Assembly: GCA_964291415.2 (NCBI GenBank)
Contig: OZ219920.1
Coordinates: 1,440,001 to 1,504,000, forward strand
Origin: Alphaproteobacteria bacterium
Lineage (GTDB): Bacteria > Pseudomonadota > Alphaproteobacteria > SP197
DNA length: 64,000 nucleotides
Reading direction: 5' to 3'
The translations under genes and the position numbers were made by a program. The notes under the pieces were generated by a model. The model was given only the letters and a program-made list of their open reading frames with translations, ran no database searches and was not told the DNA's origin. Each line of letters opens with the position of its first letter. Position 1 is the first letter of the stretch. Shown piece after piece: positions 9,042 through 19,772 of the stretch.

Positions 9042-9319
9042 GCGAATCCGCGTGCCACCTCTCCCCTGAACGATTCGCAGGCGACTGTCTCGACAGCGGC
9101 CAGCGGCGGTCCCTCCTTCAGGAGGCACAGCATGGTGTCGATATCCTCCCGGCTTCCGGCAAGGACCGCCTCCACCGAACCGTCGCTGCGGTTGCGGACC
9201 CAGCCGTCGAGGCCGAGGTCGCGCGCTTCCTCGGCCGTCCATGCCCGGTACCACACGCCCTGCACGCGTCCAGTGACCGTCACCCTGACCCGCCGCTCGT
9301 GACCCGGACCAGTGGTCAT
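9023..9319 (-). CDS. acyP: Acylphosphatase
   Basis: GRVQGVWYR, GWVRNRSDGSVE. Confidence 0.93.
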   Translation of the reverse strand: MTTGPGHERRVRVTVTGRVQGVWYRAWTAEEARDLGLDGWVRNRSDGSVEAVLAGSREDIDTMLCLLKEGPPLAAVETVACESFRGEVARGFAQRPTL

Positions 9320-11304
9320 GAGGAGGCGTACTCGAGGAGGGTGGAATCAACGGAGACCGAGTCGCCGACGGCGACATGAACCTTCTCAATCTCGCCGGAA
9401 CGTTCCGCCCGCAACACGTTCTCCATCTTCATGGCATCAATGACGACGAGCACCTGACCCGCCTCGATCTTGTCACCTTCCCCGACTGCAAGATCGACGA
9501 TCCGCCCGGGCATCGGTGAGGTGACAAGGCGGGAATGATCGGCGGCGGGCCGGGCCGGCATCCGCGACAACAACTTCGCCGCCCCCTTCGAGAGCACCGT
9601 CATCTGCTCGTTGACGCCGGCATGGACCAGTTCCCAGGAGGTCCCCTTGCGCTCTACCTGCACGACAGCCGGACGGCCGTCCACCTCGCCCTGAAACAGC
9701 GTCTGGCCGGGGCTCCAGGAACTCTCGACCGTGATGGCGCGCTCGCCGCTTCTCCAGATGATTCCGTCCCCGGTCAGCCGGGTCGTCACCTCGAACTCGT
9801 CACCGGGAAACTGCACGACCCAGTCACGGGCCATCGGCCCCGGTTCGCGCAGCGTGCCCGTGATCCTGCGGTCACGCTCGAGAACCCTGAGGTGGGCAAG
9901 GAGGCCCACGCCGGTCAGCACCGTTCTCTCGCGCTCCGTGACCGGAGCGCCGGAAAAGCCGTCGGGCCAGGTGCGACCGATGAAGGCGGTGGTCATGTCG
10001 CCCGCAGCAAACTGCGGGTCGCGCATGATCGCGGCCAGAAAGTCGATGTTGTGCTGAACGCCCCTGATCTCGAAGGAATCGAGTGCGTGGCGCATGGCGG
10101 CGATGGCGGTCGGCCGGTCCTCGCCGTGCACCACCAGCTTGGCGATCATGGGATCGTAGAACATCGTCACCTCGGAGCCCTCCTCCACACCGCTGTCGAT
10201 CCTCAGCGACCGGTTTGTGTGCGGAGGCCGGTAGGTGCTGAGGCGGCCGATCGAGGGGAGGAATCCGCGGCGTGAGTCCTCGGCGTAGATTCGTGCCTCG
10301 ATGGACCAGCCGTCGATGCCGACATCATCGGCGGTGAAGGCGAGGCGTTCCCCGGCGGCAATGCGGATCATCTGTTCGACGATGTCGACACCGGTGATGA
10401 ACTCCGTCACCGGATGCTCGACCTGGAGTCGGGTGTTCATCTCCAGGAAATAGAAGTTCCTGTCGGGGTCGACGACAAACTCGACCGTTCCCGCCGAGCG
10501 GTAGTTGACGGCCCGTGCCAGGGCACAGGCCTCCCCGGCCATCGCCTGGCGCGTCGCACCGTCGATGAGCGGGCTTGGCGCCTCCTCGATCACCTTCTGA
10601 TGACGCCGCTGGATCGAGCATTCCCGCTCGTTCAGGGCCACCACGTTCCCGTGATTGTCCGCCAGAAGCTGAATCTCGACATGGCGAGGGCGTGTGATGA
10701 ACTTCTCGAGAAAGACCCGGGTATCGCCGAAGGCGGTGGCGGCCTCCGATTGCGAGGCCCGGAAGCCCTCGACAAGTTCGTTGTCATCGCTGGCGACCCG
10801 CATCCCCTTGCCGCCGCCACCGGCGGCCGGCTTGATCATGACCGGATAGCCGATGTCGCGGGCGGCAGCGAGCGCCTCCTCGACATCACTCGTTTCGGAA
10901 GCGCTGCCGGGAACCACGCTGACCCCCGCCGCATTGGCAATCCTCTTGGATTCGATCTTGTCGCCCATGGCGGCAACAGCCGCGGCGGGCGGACCGATGA
11001 AGACGGCCCCCGCAGCCTCGACCGCCTCGACGAAACGGGGATTCTCGGCAAGAAAGCCGAAGCCGGGGTGGACCGCCTCGGCGCCCGAATTCACAAGGAC
11101 ATCGATGATCCTGTCGATGGCGAGGTAGCTCTCTCCGGGCGGCGGCGGACCGATGGGATGCGATTCATCGGCCATCCGGACGTGGAGAGCATCCTCGTCG
11201 GCCTCGGAATGAATCGCGACCGTGGCGATACCCTGCGCCCGGCACGTGGTGATGATCCGGCAGGCAATTTCCCCCCGGTTGGCAATGAGAATCTTGTTGA
11301 ACAC
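9316..11304 (-). CDS. pccA: Propionyl-CoA carboxylase alpha subunit (biotin carboxylase + BCCP)
   Basis: ANRGEIA, GGGGKGM, ERECSIQRRHQK, EMNTRLQVEHP, biotin site AMKM. Confidence 0.92.
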   Translation of the reverse strand: MFNKILIANRGEIACRIITTCRAQGIATVAIHSEADEDALHVRMADESHPIGPPPPGESYLAIDRIIDVLVNSGAEAVHPGFGFLAENPRFVEAVEAAGAVFIGPPAAAVAAMGDKIESKRIANAAGVSVVPGSASETSDVEEALAAARDIGYPVMIKPAAGGGGKGMRVASDDNELVEGFRASQSEAATAFGDTRVFLEKFITRPRHVEIQLLADNHGNVVALNERECSIQRRHQKVIEEAPSPLIDGATRQAMAGEACALARAVNYRSAGTVEFVVDPDRNFYFLEMNTRLQVEHPVTEFITGVDIVEQMIRIAAGERLAFTADDVGIDGWSIEARIYAEDSRRGFLPSIGRLSTYRPPHTNRSLRIDSGVEEGSEVTMFYDPMIAKLVVHGEDRPTAIAAMRHALDSFEIRGVQHNIDFLAAIMRDPQFAAGDMTTAFIGRTWPDGFSGAPVTERERTVLTGVGLLAHLRVLERDRRITGTLREPGPMARDWVVQFPGDEFEVTTRLTGDGIIWRSGERAITVESSWSPGQTLFQGEVDGRPAVVQVERKGTSWELVHAGVNEQMTVLSKGAAKLLSRMPARPAADHSRLVTSPMPGRIVDLAVGEGDKIEAGQVLVVIDAMKMENVLRAERSGEIEKVHVAVGDSVSVDSTLLEYASS

Positions 11305-11322
11305 GTCCGGGCACCACCTTGA

Positions 11323-12855
11323 TTACAAGGGAATATTATCGTGTTTCTTCCACGGATTGCGCAACTCCTTGCCACGCAGCATGCGAAGCGCGTTGCACAG
11401 TCGACGGCGCGTGTTGCGCGGCATGATGACGTCGTCGACGAACCCCCTCGACGCGGCGACGAAGGGATTGGCGAAGCGCTCCTTGTATTCTGCCGTGCGA
11501 GCCTCCATGCGACCGGGATCGTCAAGATCGGAACGGAATATGATCTCGACCGCTCCCTTCGATCCCATGACCGCCACTTCCGCCGTCGGCCAGGCGTAGT
11601 TGATGTCGCCACGCAGGTGCTTCGAGGCCATGACGACATAGGCACCGCCATAGGCCTTGCGTGTGATGCAGGTAAGTTTCGGAACCGTAGCCTCGGCAAA
11701 GGCATAGAGGAGTTTCGAACCGTGCCTGATGATCCCGCCGTGCTCCTGATCGGTTCCTGGCAGGAACCCCGGGACATCGACGAAGGTGATGATCGGAATG
11801 TTGAAGCAGTCGCAGAATCGCACGAAGCGCGCCGCCTTGCGCGAGGCCTCGATATCGAGGCAACCGGCCAGCACCATCGGCTGGTTGGCAACAACGCCCA
11901 CCGTCGAGCCTTCCATGCGGCCGAATCCGACGACGATGTTGGCCGCATGGGCCGGCTGGATCTCGAAGAAGTCCTGTTCGTCCACCACCCTCGTGACGAG
12001 TTCCTTGATGTCGTAGGGCTTGTTCGGATTGGAGGGCACCAGGTTGTCCAGGGCTGGCTCGACCCGATCGAAGGGATCGGAGGTCTCGAGCACCGGCGGT
12101 TTCTCGCGATTCGAGGCAGGCAGGAAATCCATCAGACGCCGTGTCTGCGCGAGAGCCTCGACATCGTTGTCCCAGGCGAGGTCCGCCACGCCGGACCGCG
12201 TCGTGTGGGTCACGGCGCCACCGAGATCCTCGTGACTGACAACTTCGTGGGTCACCGTCTTCACCACGTCGGGACCGGTCACGAACATGTAGGAAGTATC
12301 CTTCACCATGAAGATGAAGTCGGTCATCGCCGGGGAGTAGACCGCCCCACCGGCGCAGGGTCCCATGATCAGCGACACCTGTGGCACGACCCCGGAAGCA
12401 AGGACATTGCGCTGGAACACTTCGGCATATCCGGCAAGGGAATCCACACCCTCCTGGATGCGTGCACCACCGCTGTCGTTGAGACCAATCACCGGAGCGC
12501 CCACCTGAAGCGCCCGGTCCATGATCTTGCAGATCTTGGTGGCGTGAGACTCCGAGAGTGATCCTCCGAACACTGTGAAGTCCTGGCTGAAGACGAAGAC
12601 CAGACGGCCGTTGATGGTCCCCCAGCCGGTTACGACCCCGTCACCCGGCACCTTGTGGTTGGCCATGTCGAACTCCGCCGAACGATGTTCGACAAACATG
12701 TCCCATTCCTCGAAGGAGCCTTCGTCCAGGAGCAGTTCGATGCGTTCCCGTGCGCTCAGTTTTCCCTTGGCGTGCTGACGGGCGATGCGTCCTTCACCGC
12801 CTCCCTCGCGGGCGCGGGCGCGGCGCTCCGTCAATTCACCGATCACATCCTGCAT
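11323..12855 (-). CDS. pccB: Propionyl-CoA carboxylase beta (carboxyltransferase) subunit
   Basis: [23 protein letters not shown]-terminal WKKHDNIPL; start taken at MQDVI. Confidence 0.93.
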   Translation of the reverse strand: MQDVIGELTERRARAREGGGEGRIARQHAKGKLSARERIELLLDEGSFEEWDMFVEHRSAEFDMANHKVPGDGVVTGWGTINGRLVFVFSQDFTVFGGSLSESHATKICKIMDRALQVGAPVIGLNDSGGARIQEGVDSLAGYAEVFQRNVLASGVVPQVSLIMGPCAGGAVYSPAMTDFIFMVKDTSYMFVTGPDVVKTVTHEVVSHEDLGGAVTHTTRSGVADLAWDNDVEALAQTRRLMDFLPASNREKPPVLETSDPFDRVEPALDNLVPSNPNKPYDIKELVTRVVDEQDFFEIQPAHAANIVVGFGRMEGSTVGVVANQPMVLAGCLDIEASRKAARFVRFCDCFNIPIITFVDVPGFLPGTDQEHGGIIRHGSKLLYAFAEATVPKLTCITRKAYGGAYVVMASKHLRGDINYAWPTAEVAVMGSKGAVEIIFRSDLDDPGRMEARTAEYKERFANPFVAASRGFVDDVIMPRNTRRRLCNALRMLRGKELRNPWKKHDNIPL

Positions 12856-12900
12856 CGTCCGGTTCCGCCTGATTGAGATCACTGGCCAGCATACCAAGGT

Positions 12901-13602
12901 TCATGTCTGGTGACGAAGCAGACGGAGAAAGCGGTCCGCATCGCCAATGTCCATCTGCCTGACATCCAGTCGGCGCCGTGCTTCGGCGTCGTCGCCCCAC
13001 ACCTCCAGGGACCACAGATCGTCGAGGGCGCCAGCACGGAAGGCCTCCCCGGCGCCCAGGCGTCCGGAAAGGAGTGCCAGGGCAATGACAAGGGAACCGG
13101 TCGCACTTGCGACACTGTGGACCGCCACGAGGCGGAAACAGTCCAGGCCTGAGAGGACTGAGCGAAGGGCGCCAATCGATTCCGGGGGCTGTTGCCGCGG
13201 CATGATCCCGGTGGTGACGGCGAGTGCCGCACCGTGCTCTGCCGCGACCCAGTCGACAAGGGGCTGCCAGCACGCCGCCTGGCGCCTGACCAGTTCCACC
13301 GGATGATCAGCGCGAAAACACACGAGATCGCTCATCCCCCAGGCCACGAGATCGGTGACGACGCGTTCAGGGTCGGGCGCTACACGGTCAATGGCCGTGG
13401 CGGCAAGGCGCGTCAGGGGCATGGTCGAAGGATCGACGCGACCCTCCTGGCGCGCCCACTCTCCGGCGATGGCGTCGCCCAGGGGCCTTGTGGGAACGCG
13501 AAGGGTATGCCGTGCCGGTGTCATCACCGGCCGGCCGTCGAGCTCGACACGGTAGTCCCCTTCACTCCCGGCGACACCGGTGGCCGCATACCGGCGCTTC
13601 AC
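12901..13602 (-). CDS. ATP12 family chaperone
   Basis: LDGRPVMTP, AIAGEW, MPLTRLAATAID, DLVCFRA. Confidence 0.9.
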   Translation of the reverse strand: MKRRYAATGVAGSEGDYRVELDGRPVMTPARHTLRVPTRPLGDAIAGEWARQEGRVDPSTMPLTRLAATAIDRVAPDPERVVTDLVAWGMSDLVCFRADHPVELVRRQAACWQPLVDWVAAEHGAALAVTTGIMPRQQPPESIGALRSVLSGLDCFRLVAVHSVASATGSLVIALALLSGRLGAGEAFRAGALDDLWSLEVWGDDAEARRRLDVRQMDIGDADRFLRLLRHQT

Positions 13603-14558
13603 GGACCATCCCCGTTCACACTGAGTCCCAGCGTGTCCCAGGTCTCCTGAAGGTCCGGCGGCAGGTCACACGCGAGATTCAGTGCGCCGCCCTCAGGGTG
13701 CGGCAGGTGAAGCGCCTGCGCGTGGAGGTGGAGACGCCGGACGTGCGTGATCCGCCCAGGCGTGCGGCCGCCGTATTTGCCATCCCCGAGGATCGGATGG
13801 CCAATGGCGGCACAGTGCACCCTGAGCTGGTGGGTACGGCCGGTCAGCGGGCGCAAGTCCAGCCAGGTGACGACACGGCCGGCGGTTGCGACGATACGAG
13901 CAAGGGTCACGGCGCGGCGGCCGTCCTCTTCGGCGACCTCGACGCGCTCGCGGCCCGGCTTTCCCCTCTTGGCGAGCGGCATGGCAAGACGGCCATCCCG
14001 CGGCAGGTCCGGGACTCCGGCGACGAGCGCCCAGTACGTCTTCTCGACCTTGCCTTCCCTGAAGCAGGTCTGCAGGGCGCGCGCCGCCGGGGCGTGACGG
14101 GCGAGAAGCAGGATGCCGCTGGTCTGCCTGTCGAGGCGGTGAACCAGGCGCGGCCTCTCCGCCGCGCCGAAGCGCAGTCCGTCCAGCAGGGCATCGAGGT
14201 GGCGTGACAGTCCGCTGCCTCCCTGCACGGCAAGACCCGCCGGCTTGTCGATGGCCAAGACCCAGTCGTCCATGTGAATGACCCGCGCGGCAATGTCCTC
14301 GAGGTCGCGGCTGTCGGGCAACCGGCGGGCCGGTTCCGTCGCCGCAGGCGCTGCAGGAAGAGGTGGCAGCCGTACCGTCTGGCCAGCCTGCAACCTGGCT
14401 CCCGCACCGCATCTCCCGCCATCGAGGCGGATCTGGCCCGTGCGCAGGAGTTTCGAGAGATGTCCGTGGGTGACATGGGGAAAGCGCTGGCGGAACCAGC
14501 GATCGAGGCGCATGCCGGCGTCGGCGTCGGCGACGGTGAGGTGAGTGACTGCGGTCAT
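13599..14558 (-). CDS. rluC: RluA family pseudouridine synthase (RluC-like, with S4 domain)
   Basis: MRLDRW, KPAGLAVQGG, HRLDRQTSG, TGRTHQLRVH. Confidence 0.9.
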   Translation of the reverse strand: MTAVTHLTVADADAGMRLDRWFRQRFPHVTHGHLSKLLRTGQIRLDGGRCGAGARLQAGQTVRLPPLPAAPAATEPARRLPDSRDLEDIAARVIHMDDWVLAIDKPAGLAVQGGSGLSRHLDALLDGLRFGAAERPRLVHRLDRQTSGILLLARHAPAARALQTCFREGKVEKTYWALVAGVPDLPRDGRLAMPLAKRGKPGRERVEVAEEDGRRAVTLARIVATAGRVVTWLDLRPLTGRTHQLRVHCAAIGHPILGDGKYGGRTPGRITHVRRLHLHAQALHLPHPEGGALNLACDLPPDLQETWDTLGLSVNGDGP

Positions 14559-14938
14559 GCGAGAACAAGACGCATGAGGCGAAGCCCTGCCAGAAGGGCC
14601 AGAACCGAGAGCACCACCGAGGCAACGACGTAAAGGACCGCAAGGGAGTTGAGGCCGCGCTCGAACTCGTTCACCACATCAAGGGAAAAGGCCGAGAAGG
14701 TCGTGAAGGCACCGAGAAAGCCGGTGGCAAGAAAGAGCCTCATGTCTCCAGGCGGCGTCCAGGCGGCCGACAGCAGTCCGACCAGAATCCCGAGCAGGAA
14801 CGAACCCGCCACATTGACGATGAGGGTACCCCAGGGAAATCCGCTGCCCAGCCACGCCGCGGCGCCGGCCGTCACGAGATAGCGGCCCAGCGCGCCCAGC
14901 GCGCCACCGGCGGCAACCAGAAGACAGGCCTTGATCAC
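14555..14938 (-). CDS. crcB: Fluoride efflux channel CrcB/FluC
   Basis: GGALGALGRY, PWGTLIVN, TGFLGAFTTFSAF. Confidence 0.95.
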   Translation of the reverse strand: MIKACLLVAAGGALGALGRYLVTAGAAAWLGSGFPWGTLIVNVAGSFLLGILVGLLSAAWTPPGDMRLFLATGFLGAFTTFSAFSLDVVNEFERGLNSLAVLYVVASVVLSVLALLAGLRLMRLVLA

Positions 14939-16230
14939 CCGTCCTCTCCGATCTGTTGGCGCAGCCGCTCCCAGTAGGCGAGGCGTTTGGCGATCTCGCG
15001 TTCAAATCCCCGTTCCACCGGCCGGTAGAAGTGCTGCCTGCCCATGCCTTCCGGGAAGTAGTCCTGTCCGGAGAACCCGGCCGGGGTGTCGTGGTCATAA
15101 GCGTATCCCTCGCCGTAGCCCAGATCCTCCATGAGGCGCGTCGGCGCATTGAGGATGATCTTGGGCGGCATTGGACTTCCCTCGACCCTGGCGCTCTTCG
15201 TGGCAGCGGAATAGGCGCGGTAGGCGGCGTTGGACTTCGGAGCGGTGGCGCAGTAGAGGACGGCCTGGGCGATGGCCAGTTCCCCTTCCGGCGATCCAAG
15301 GAAGGCGAAGGCGTCCCGTGCAGCCACGGCCTGAACGAGCGCGGCGGGATCGGCGAGACCGATATCCTCGACCGCCATGCGGATGACGCGGCGGGCGACG
15401 AAGAGTGGATCCTCGCCTGCCTGGAGGATGCGGGCGAGCCAGTAGAGAGAGGCGTCCGGGTCCGATCCCCGGACCGACTTGTGAAGGGCGCTGATGAGGT
15501 TGTAATGGCCCTCTTCGGCCTTGTCGTAGACCGGAACCCGGCGCTGCACCACTTCCGCCAGGCCCTGCCGGTCCAGAAGCGTCGGCACATCGAGAGCGAG
15601 GAGTTCTTCGGCGATGTTGAGCAGGAAGCGTCCATCACCATCGGCCATCGCGGCAAGGGCCACACGGGCATCGTCGTCGAGCGGCAAGGTCCTTTGCCGG
15701 AGGTTCTCGGCCCGGCACAGAAGTTGACCCAGTGCGTCCAGGGACAGCCTTTCCAGCACCAGCACCTGGCACCGCGACACCAGGGCCTGGTTGACTTCGA
15801 AAGAGGGATTTTCGGTGGTGGCTCCAACAAGAACGACGGTGCCGTCCTCGACGACGGGCAGCATGGCGTCCTGCTGCGCCTTGTTGAAGCGATGGATTTC
15901 ATCAACGAACAAGAGTGTGCCAAGACCCGTGGCACGCCTCGAACGGGCCCGTTCGAAGACTTTCCTCAAGTCGGCCACGCCGGAAAACACGGCCGATACG
16001 GGATCGAATGCAAGATCGACCCGTTCGGCGAGGAGCCGGGCGATGGTGGTCTTGCCGGTTCCAGGCGGCCCCCAGAGAATCATCGAGGCAAGACGTACCT
16101 GAGCGACCATGCGGCCCAGCGGACCGTCCTTCCTGAGCAGATGATCCTGGCCAACGACGTCCTCCAGCGACGTCGGACGCATGCGGTCGGCCAGTGGTCG
16201 CGGCACCTCGTCTTCAAAGAGACCCGTCAA
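14935..16230 (-). CDS. rarA: Replication-associated recombination protein A
   Basis: PLADRMRP, GPPGTGKTT, DEIHRFNKAQQD, SALHKSVRGSD; TTG start at 16230 inferred. Confidence 0.93.
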   Translation of the reverse strand: MTGLFEDEVPRPLADRMRPTSLEDVVGQDHLLRKDGPLGRMVAQVRLASMILWGPPGTGKTTIARLLAERVDLAFDPVSAVFSGVADLRKVFERARSRRATGLGTLLFVDEIHRFNKAQQDAMLPVVEDGTVVLVGATTENPSFEVNQALVSRCQVLVLERLSLDALGQLLCRAENLRQRTLPLDDDARVALAAMADGDGRFLLNIAEELLALDVPTLLDRQGLAEVVQRRVPVYDKAEEGHYNLISALHKSVRGSDPDASLYWLARILQAGEDPLFVARRVIRMAVEDIGLADPAALVQAVAARDAFAFLGSPEGELAIAQAVLYCATAPKSNAAYRAYSAATKSARVEGSPMPPKIILNAPTRLMEDLGYGEGYAYDHDTPAGFSGQDYFPEGMGRQHFYRPVERGFEREIAKRLAYWERLRQQIGEDG

Positions 16231-16368
16231 GCACCCGTTCCTTCCCTGGGCAGCGGGCCGCCATGGTGCACCGTGCACGGTCGAGGCGGCAACCGCCGTT
16301 GGCTCCCGGCGACAGGATCGGTCATCATGACGCCATGACGCACCACGCTCGCCAGGAGGCCTGAACCC

Positions 16369-16683
16369 TTGTCCGTCCGGCTCGCCTCGGCTGTCTGGGT
16401 CCAGGCCTTTCTGCGCCGCTGCGACCTTGCCGCCGTACCCGTTTACGTCCTGCGGCGCGGCGACACGGATGCCGGGGAAATCTGGCTGAAGCTGGTGAAG
16501 GGAAACGATGAGGTCAGCATTCTTCAGGTGTCGCGGGAAGACCTTACGCCCACCGTGCACACGGTCCTGAACGAGGCGGAGGCGGACCGCCACCTGGCAC
16601 GCCAGGAGACTTACGATCCCGATCTCTGGGTCATCGAGGTCGACGATCGCGCGGGGCGGGGCGACAACCTGTTCCACGGCTGA
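16369..16683 (+). CDS. DUF1491 family protein
   Basis: RLASAVWVQA, RRGDTDAG, DPDLWVIEVDD; AGGAGG before the TTG start. Confidence 0.85.
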   Translation: MSVRLASAVWVQAFLRRCDLAAVPVYVLRRGDTDAGEIWLKLVKGNDEVSILQVSREDLTPTVHTVLNEAEADRHLARQETYDPDLWVIEVDDRAGRGDNLFHG

Positions 16684-16709
16684 GCACGGTGGAGCGGGAG
16701 CGACCGTGC
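16684..16709. terminator. Hairpin between the convergent DUF1491 and rplQ genes
   Basis: GCACGGT...ACCGTGC stem; no clear U-tract. Confidence 0.4.
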
Positions 16710-16718
16710 CCCGGAAAC

Positions 16719-17132
16719 TCAGTCCTCGTCTTCGCTCTTCGGCGGCGGGCCTGAATCCTGGCCCTTGGCGTCCTCGTCCCGGTCAACGAACTCGACGACC
16801 GCCATGGGCGCGCTGTCACCGTAGCGAAATCCTGCCTTGAGCACCCTGGTGTAACCGCCGGCACGATCCTCATAGCGCGGCGCCAGGGTCTCGAACAGCT
16901 TCACCAGCATCGCGTCGTCGCGCAGCCTCGCATGGGCAAGGCGCCGGGCATGAAGCGTGCCGCGCTTGCCCAGGGTGACGAGTTTCTCGACATAGGGAGA
17001 GACTTCCTTTGCCTTGGCAAGGGTGGTGGTGATCTGCTCGTGCTTGATCAGCGCCGCTGCCATGTTGCGCAGCATGGCGGTACGGTGTGCACTCGTTCGA
17101 TTGAGCTTGCGGCCCGAATGCCGGTGTCGCAT
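16719..17132 (-). CDS. rplQ: 50S ribosomal protein L17
   Basis: [22 protein letters not shown]. Confidence 0.98.
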   Translation of the reverse strand: MRHRHSGRKLNRTSAHRTAMLRNMAAALIKHEQITTTLAKAKEVSPYVEKLVTLGKRGTLHARRLAHARLRDDAMLVKLFETLAPRYEDRAGGYTRVLKAGFRYGDSAPMAVVEFVDRDEDAKGQDSGPPPKSEDED

Positions 17133-17151
17133 GACCCTCTCCCCGTCCTCG

Positions 17152-18180
17152 TCAGCTGAAAGGATTTTCGTAACGCCGGGCCAGTTCCTCGATGTTCTCC
17201 GGCGGCCAGTCCGGCAGATTCATGTCGAGGCCAAGCTGCATCTGCGCCAGCACTTCCTTGATCTCGTTGAGAGACTTGCGGCCAAAGTTCGGGGTTCGCA
17301 TCATCTCCGACTCTGACTTCTGAACGAGGTCGCCGATGTAGACGATGTTGTCTCCCTTGAGACAGTTGGCCGAGCGCACCGAGAGCTCGAGTTCGTCGAT
17401 CTTGCGCAGCAGGTGCCTGTTGAATTCCGGCTCCCGCGCATCGTCGTGATCGACAAGATCCTGCGGCTCCTCGAAATTGACGAAGGGCTGCAGCTGTTCC
17501 TGGAGAATGCGTGCCGCCAGAGCCACCGCGTCCTCGGGGTTGACCGCGCCGTTGGTCTCCACCGACATGGCAAGCCTGTCGAAGTCCGTCACCTGCCCGA
17601 CTCGGCTGTTCTCCACCTTGAACGCAACCTTGCGAACCGGGCTGTAGATGGCGTCGATGGGGATCAGTCCGATCTGCGCCTCCTCGTCACGGTTACGCGA
17701 GGCGGGGACGTAGCCATTTCCCGTTGCCACATGGAGCTCCATGTCCAGGCTGGCGCCGGCATCGAGGGTGCAGATGACATGGTCGGGATCCAGCACCTCG
17801 AAATCCGCACCGCCGTCGATACGGCCGGCCAGCACGGCGCCGGGCTCGCTGGCGCTGAGAAAGACGCGTCGAGGCTGCTCGGGCGTGTGGTCGCTGTGCA
17901 TCTTGATAGCCAGCGCCTTGATGTTGAGGATGATGTCGGTCAGGTCCTCGTGCACACCGCGGATCGAGGAGAACTCGTGAACGACGTCGTTCACGCGCAC
18001 ACCCACAACGGCGGCACCGCGCAGCGATGACAGCAGAATCCTCCGCAGGGCATTGCCCAGGGTCGTGCCGAAGCCCCTCTCCAGAGGCTCGACAACGATG
18101 TCCGCCTCGCGCGAAGCGTCCATTCCGGGAATGATCTGCAGTTTCCTGGGCTTGATCAGAGCCGTCCAGTTCTTGTCCAT
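17152..18180 (-). CDS. rpoA: RNA polymerase subunit alpha
   Basis: [36 protein letters not shown]. Confidence 0.98.
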   Translation of the reverse strand: MDKNWTALIKPRKLQIIPGMDASREADIVVEPLERGFGTTLGNALRRILLSSLRGAAVVGVRVNDVVHEFSSIRGVHEDLTDIILNIKALAIKMHSDHTPEQPRRVFLSASEPGAVLAGRIDGGADFEVLDPDHVICTLDAGASLDMELHVATGNGYVPASRNRDEEAQIGLIPIDAIYSPVRKVAFKVENSRVGQVTDFDRLAMSVETNGAVNPEDAVALAARILQEQLQPFVNFEEPQDLVDHDDAREPEFNRHLLRKIDELELSVRSANCLKGDNIVYIGDLVQKSESEMMRTPNFGRKSLNEIKEVLAQMQLGLDMNLPDWPPENIEELARRYENPFS

Positions 18181-18252
18181 TGCTTGTCCATTGCCTCATT
18201 GGTGACGCCGCCGCATCGCGGCGTCCGTCAGGGTCACGATGTCCGGGGCAGG

Positions 18253-18642
18253 TCAGACCCGGCGACGCTTGCGCGGTCGACACCCGTTGTGCGGGATAGG
18301 GGTCACGTCCTGGATGGCGGTGATCTGGAATCCGATTGCAGACAGGGCGCGCAGGGCCGATTCACGTCCCGAACCCGGGCCCTTGACATAGACTTCCAGA
18401 GTCTGGACACCATGTTCTTGCGCCTTGCGGCCGGCGTCCTCGGCCGCCATCTGCGCCGCATAGGGCGTCGACTTGCGTGAACCCTTGAATCCCATGGACC
18501 CCGCCGACGACCACGAGATGGCGTTGCCCTGGGCGTCGGTGATGGTGATCATGGTGTTGTTGAACGAAGCGGTCACATGGGCAAGGCCCGACGTGATGTT
18601 CTTCCTTTCGCGCCGCCTGACGCGGGTCGTTTCGCGTGCCAT
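18253..18642 (-). CDS. rpsK: 30S ribosomal protein S11
   Basis: [25 protein letters not shown]. Confidence 0.98.
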   Translation of the reverse strand: MARETTRVRRRERKNITSGLAHVTASFNNTMITITDAQGNAISWSSAGSMGFKGSRKSTPYAAQMAAEDAGRKAQEHGVQTLEVYVKGPGSGRESALRALSAIGFQITAIQDVTPIPHNGCRPRKRRRV

Positions 18643-18652
18643 GGTCGGGACT

Positions 18653-19021
18653 CTACTTCTTCTTGCCGGCGACCGGCCGCGCCTTGCCCTTGCGGGTTCG
18701 CGCATTGTTGTGCGTGTTCTGGCCGCGGACCGGCAGTCCCTTGCGGTGACGAATACCGCGGTTGCATCCGAGATCCATCAGCCGCTTGATGCTCATGGCC
18801 ACTTCGCGGCGCAGGTCACCTTCGACCATGTAGTCGCGGTCGATCAGTTCGCGGATCTGGACGACTTCCGCGTCCGTAAGTTCGTTGACACGTCTGGCAT
18901 CGGGTATCTGCGCCACACGGCAGATCTGACGCGCACTTGTGCGGCCGATTCCGTGAATGTAGGTCAGCGCCACTTCCACCCGCTTGGACGTCGGGATGTT
19001 CACTCCTGCAATGCGCGCCAA
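18653..19021 (-). CDS. rpsM: 30S ribosomal protein S13
   Basis: [16 protein letters not shown]; TTG start. Confidence 0.98.
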   Translation of the reverse strand: MARIAGVNIPTSKRVEVALTYIHGIGRTSARQICRVAQIPDARRVNELTDAEVVQIRELIDRDYMVEGDLRREVAMSIKRLMDLGCNRGIRHRKGLPVRGQNTHNNARTRKGKARPVAGKKK

Positions 19022-19085
19022 AGCCGTCTCTCCCTGGCCAGTAACTGAAGGGGATATGGATGAATTTGATTGAAGGACAAGGGTG

Positions 19086-19772
19086 TCATTCTAGGGGGCT
19101 TCCGCCGTCGCTGTCAATCGTTGAAGATGTCGGAAGCGCCGCCAGTATCTGCTCCGTCACCGCATCGATGCCGGCCATGCCGTCCACCGTGACAAGAATG
19201 CCGCGGGAAGCGTAGTACGGCAGGAGAGGCTCTGTCTGGCAGTGGTAGACCGCCAGCCTCGAACGCACCGTTTCCTCGTTGTCGTCGGCGCGCCGGACAA
19301 AGTCGGTTGAGCCGCAGACATCACACATGCCGCTGCTGGCGGGCTTGCGGAAGACATCGTGGTACCCTGCGCCGCAGGCACGGCAGGTGAAGCGTCCGGT
19401 GATGCGGCTGACGAGGATGTCGTCATCAACGCCGATCTCGATGACACGATCCAGGGCGCTCGAGCGCGACGACAGCATGGTGTCGAGAGCCTCGGCCTGG
19501 GCCGGAGACCGGGGAAATCCGTCCAGAATGAAGCCGTTCCGGCAGTCCTCCTGGGCGATACGACCCGCAATCATGGCAATGATGAGATCGTCGCTGACAA
19601 GATCACCCCGTTCCATGATTTCAGCCGCGGCGCGGCCGAGTTCGCTTCGGTCTGCCACTTCCTTGCGCAGCATGTCCCCCGTGGCAAGCTGGGGAATGGC
19701 ATAGCGCTCCATCAGGCGGTGCGCCTGGGTTCCCTTGCCGGCACCCGGGGGGCCGAGCAAAAGCAGCTTCAA
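19086..19772 (-). CDS. adk: Adenylate kinase (Zn-lid type)
   Basis: [16 protein letters not shown], CxxC...CxxC lid; TTG start overlapping the secY stop. Confidence 0.95.
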   Translation of the reverse strand: MKLLLLGPPGAGKGTQAHRLMERYAIPQLATGDMLRKEVADRSELGRAAAEIMERGDLVSDDLIIAMIAGRIAQEDCRNGFILDGFPRSPAQAEALDTMLSSRSSALDRVIEIGVDDDILVSRITGRFTCRACGAGYHDVFRKPASSGMCDVCGSTDFVRRADDNEETVRSRLAVYHCQTEPLLPYYASRGILVTVDGMAGIDAVTEQILAALPTSSTIDSDGGSPLE

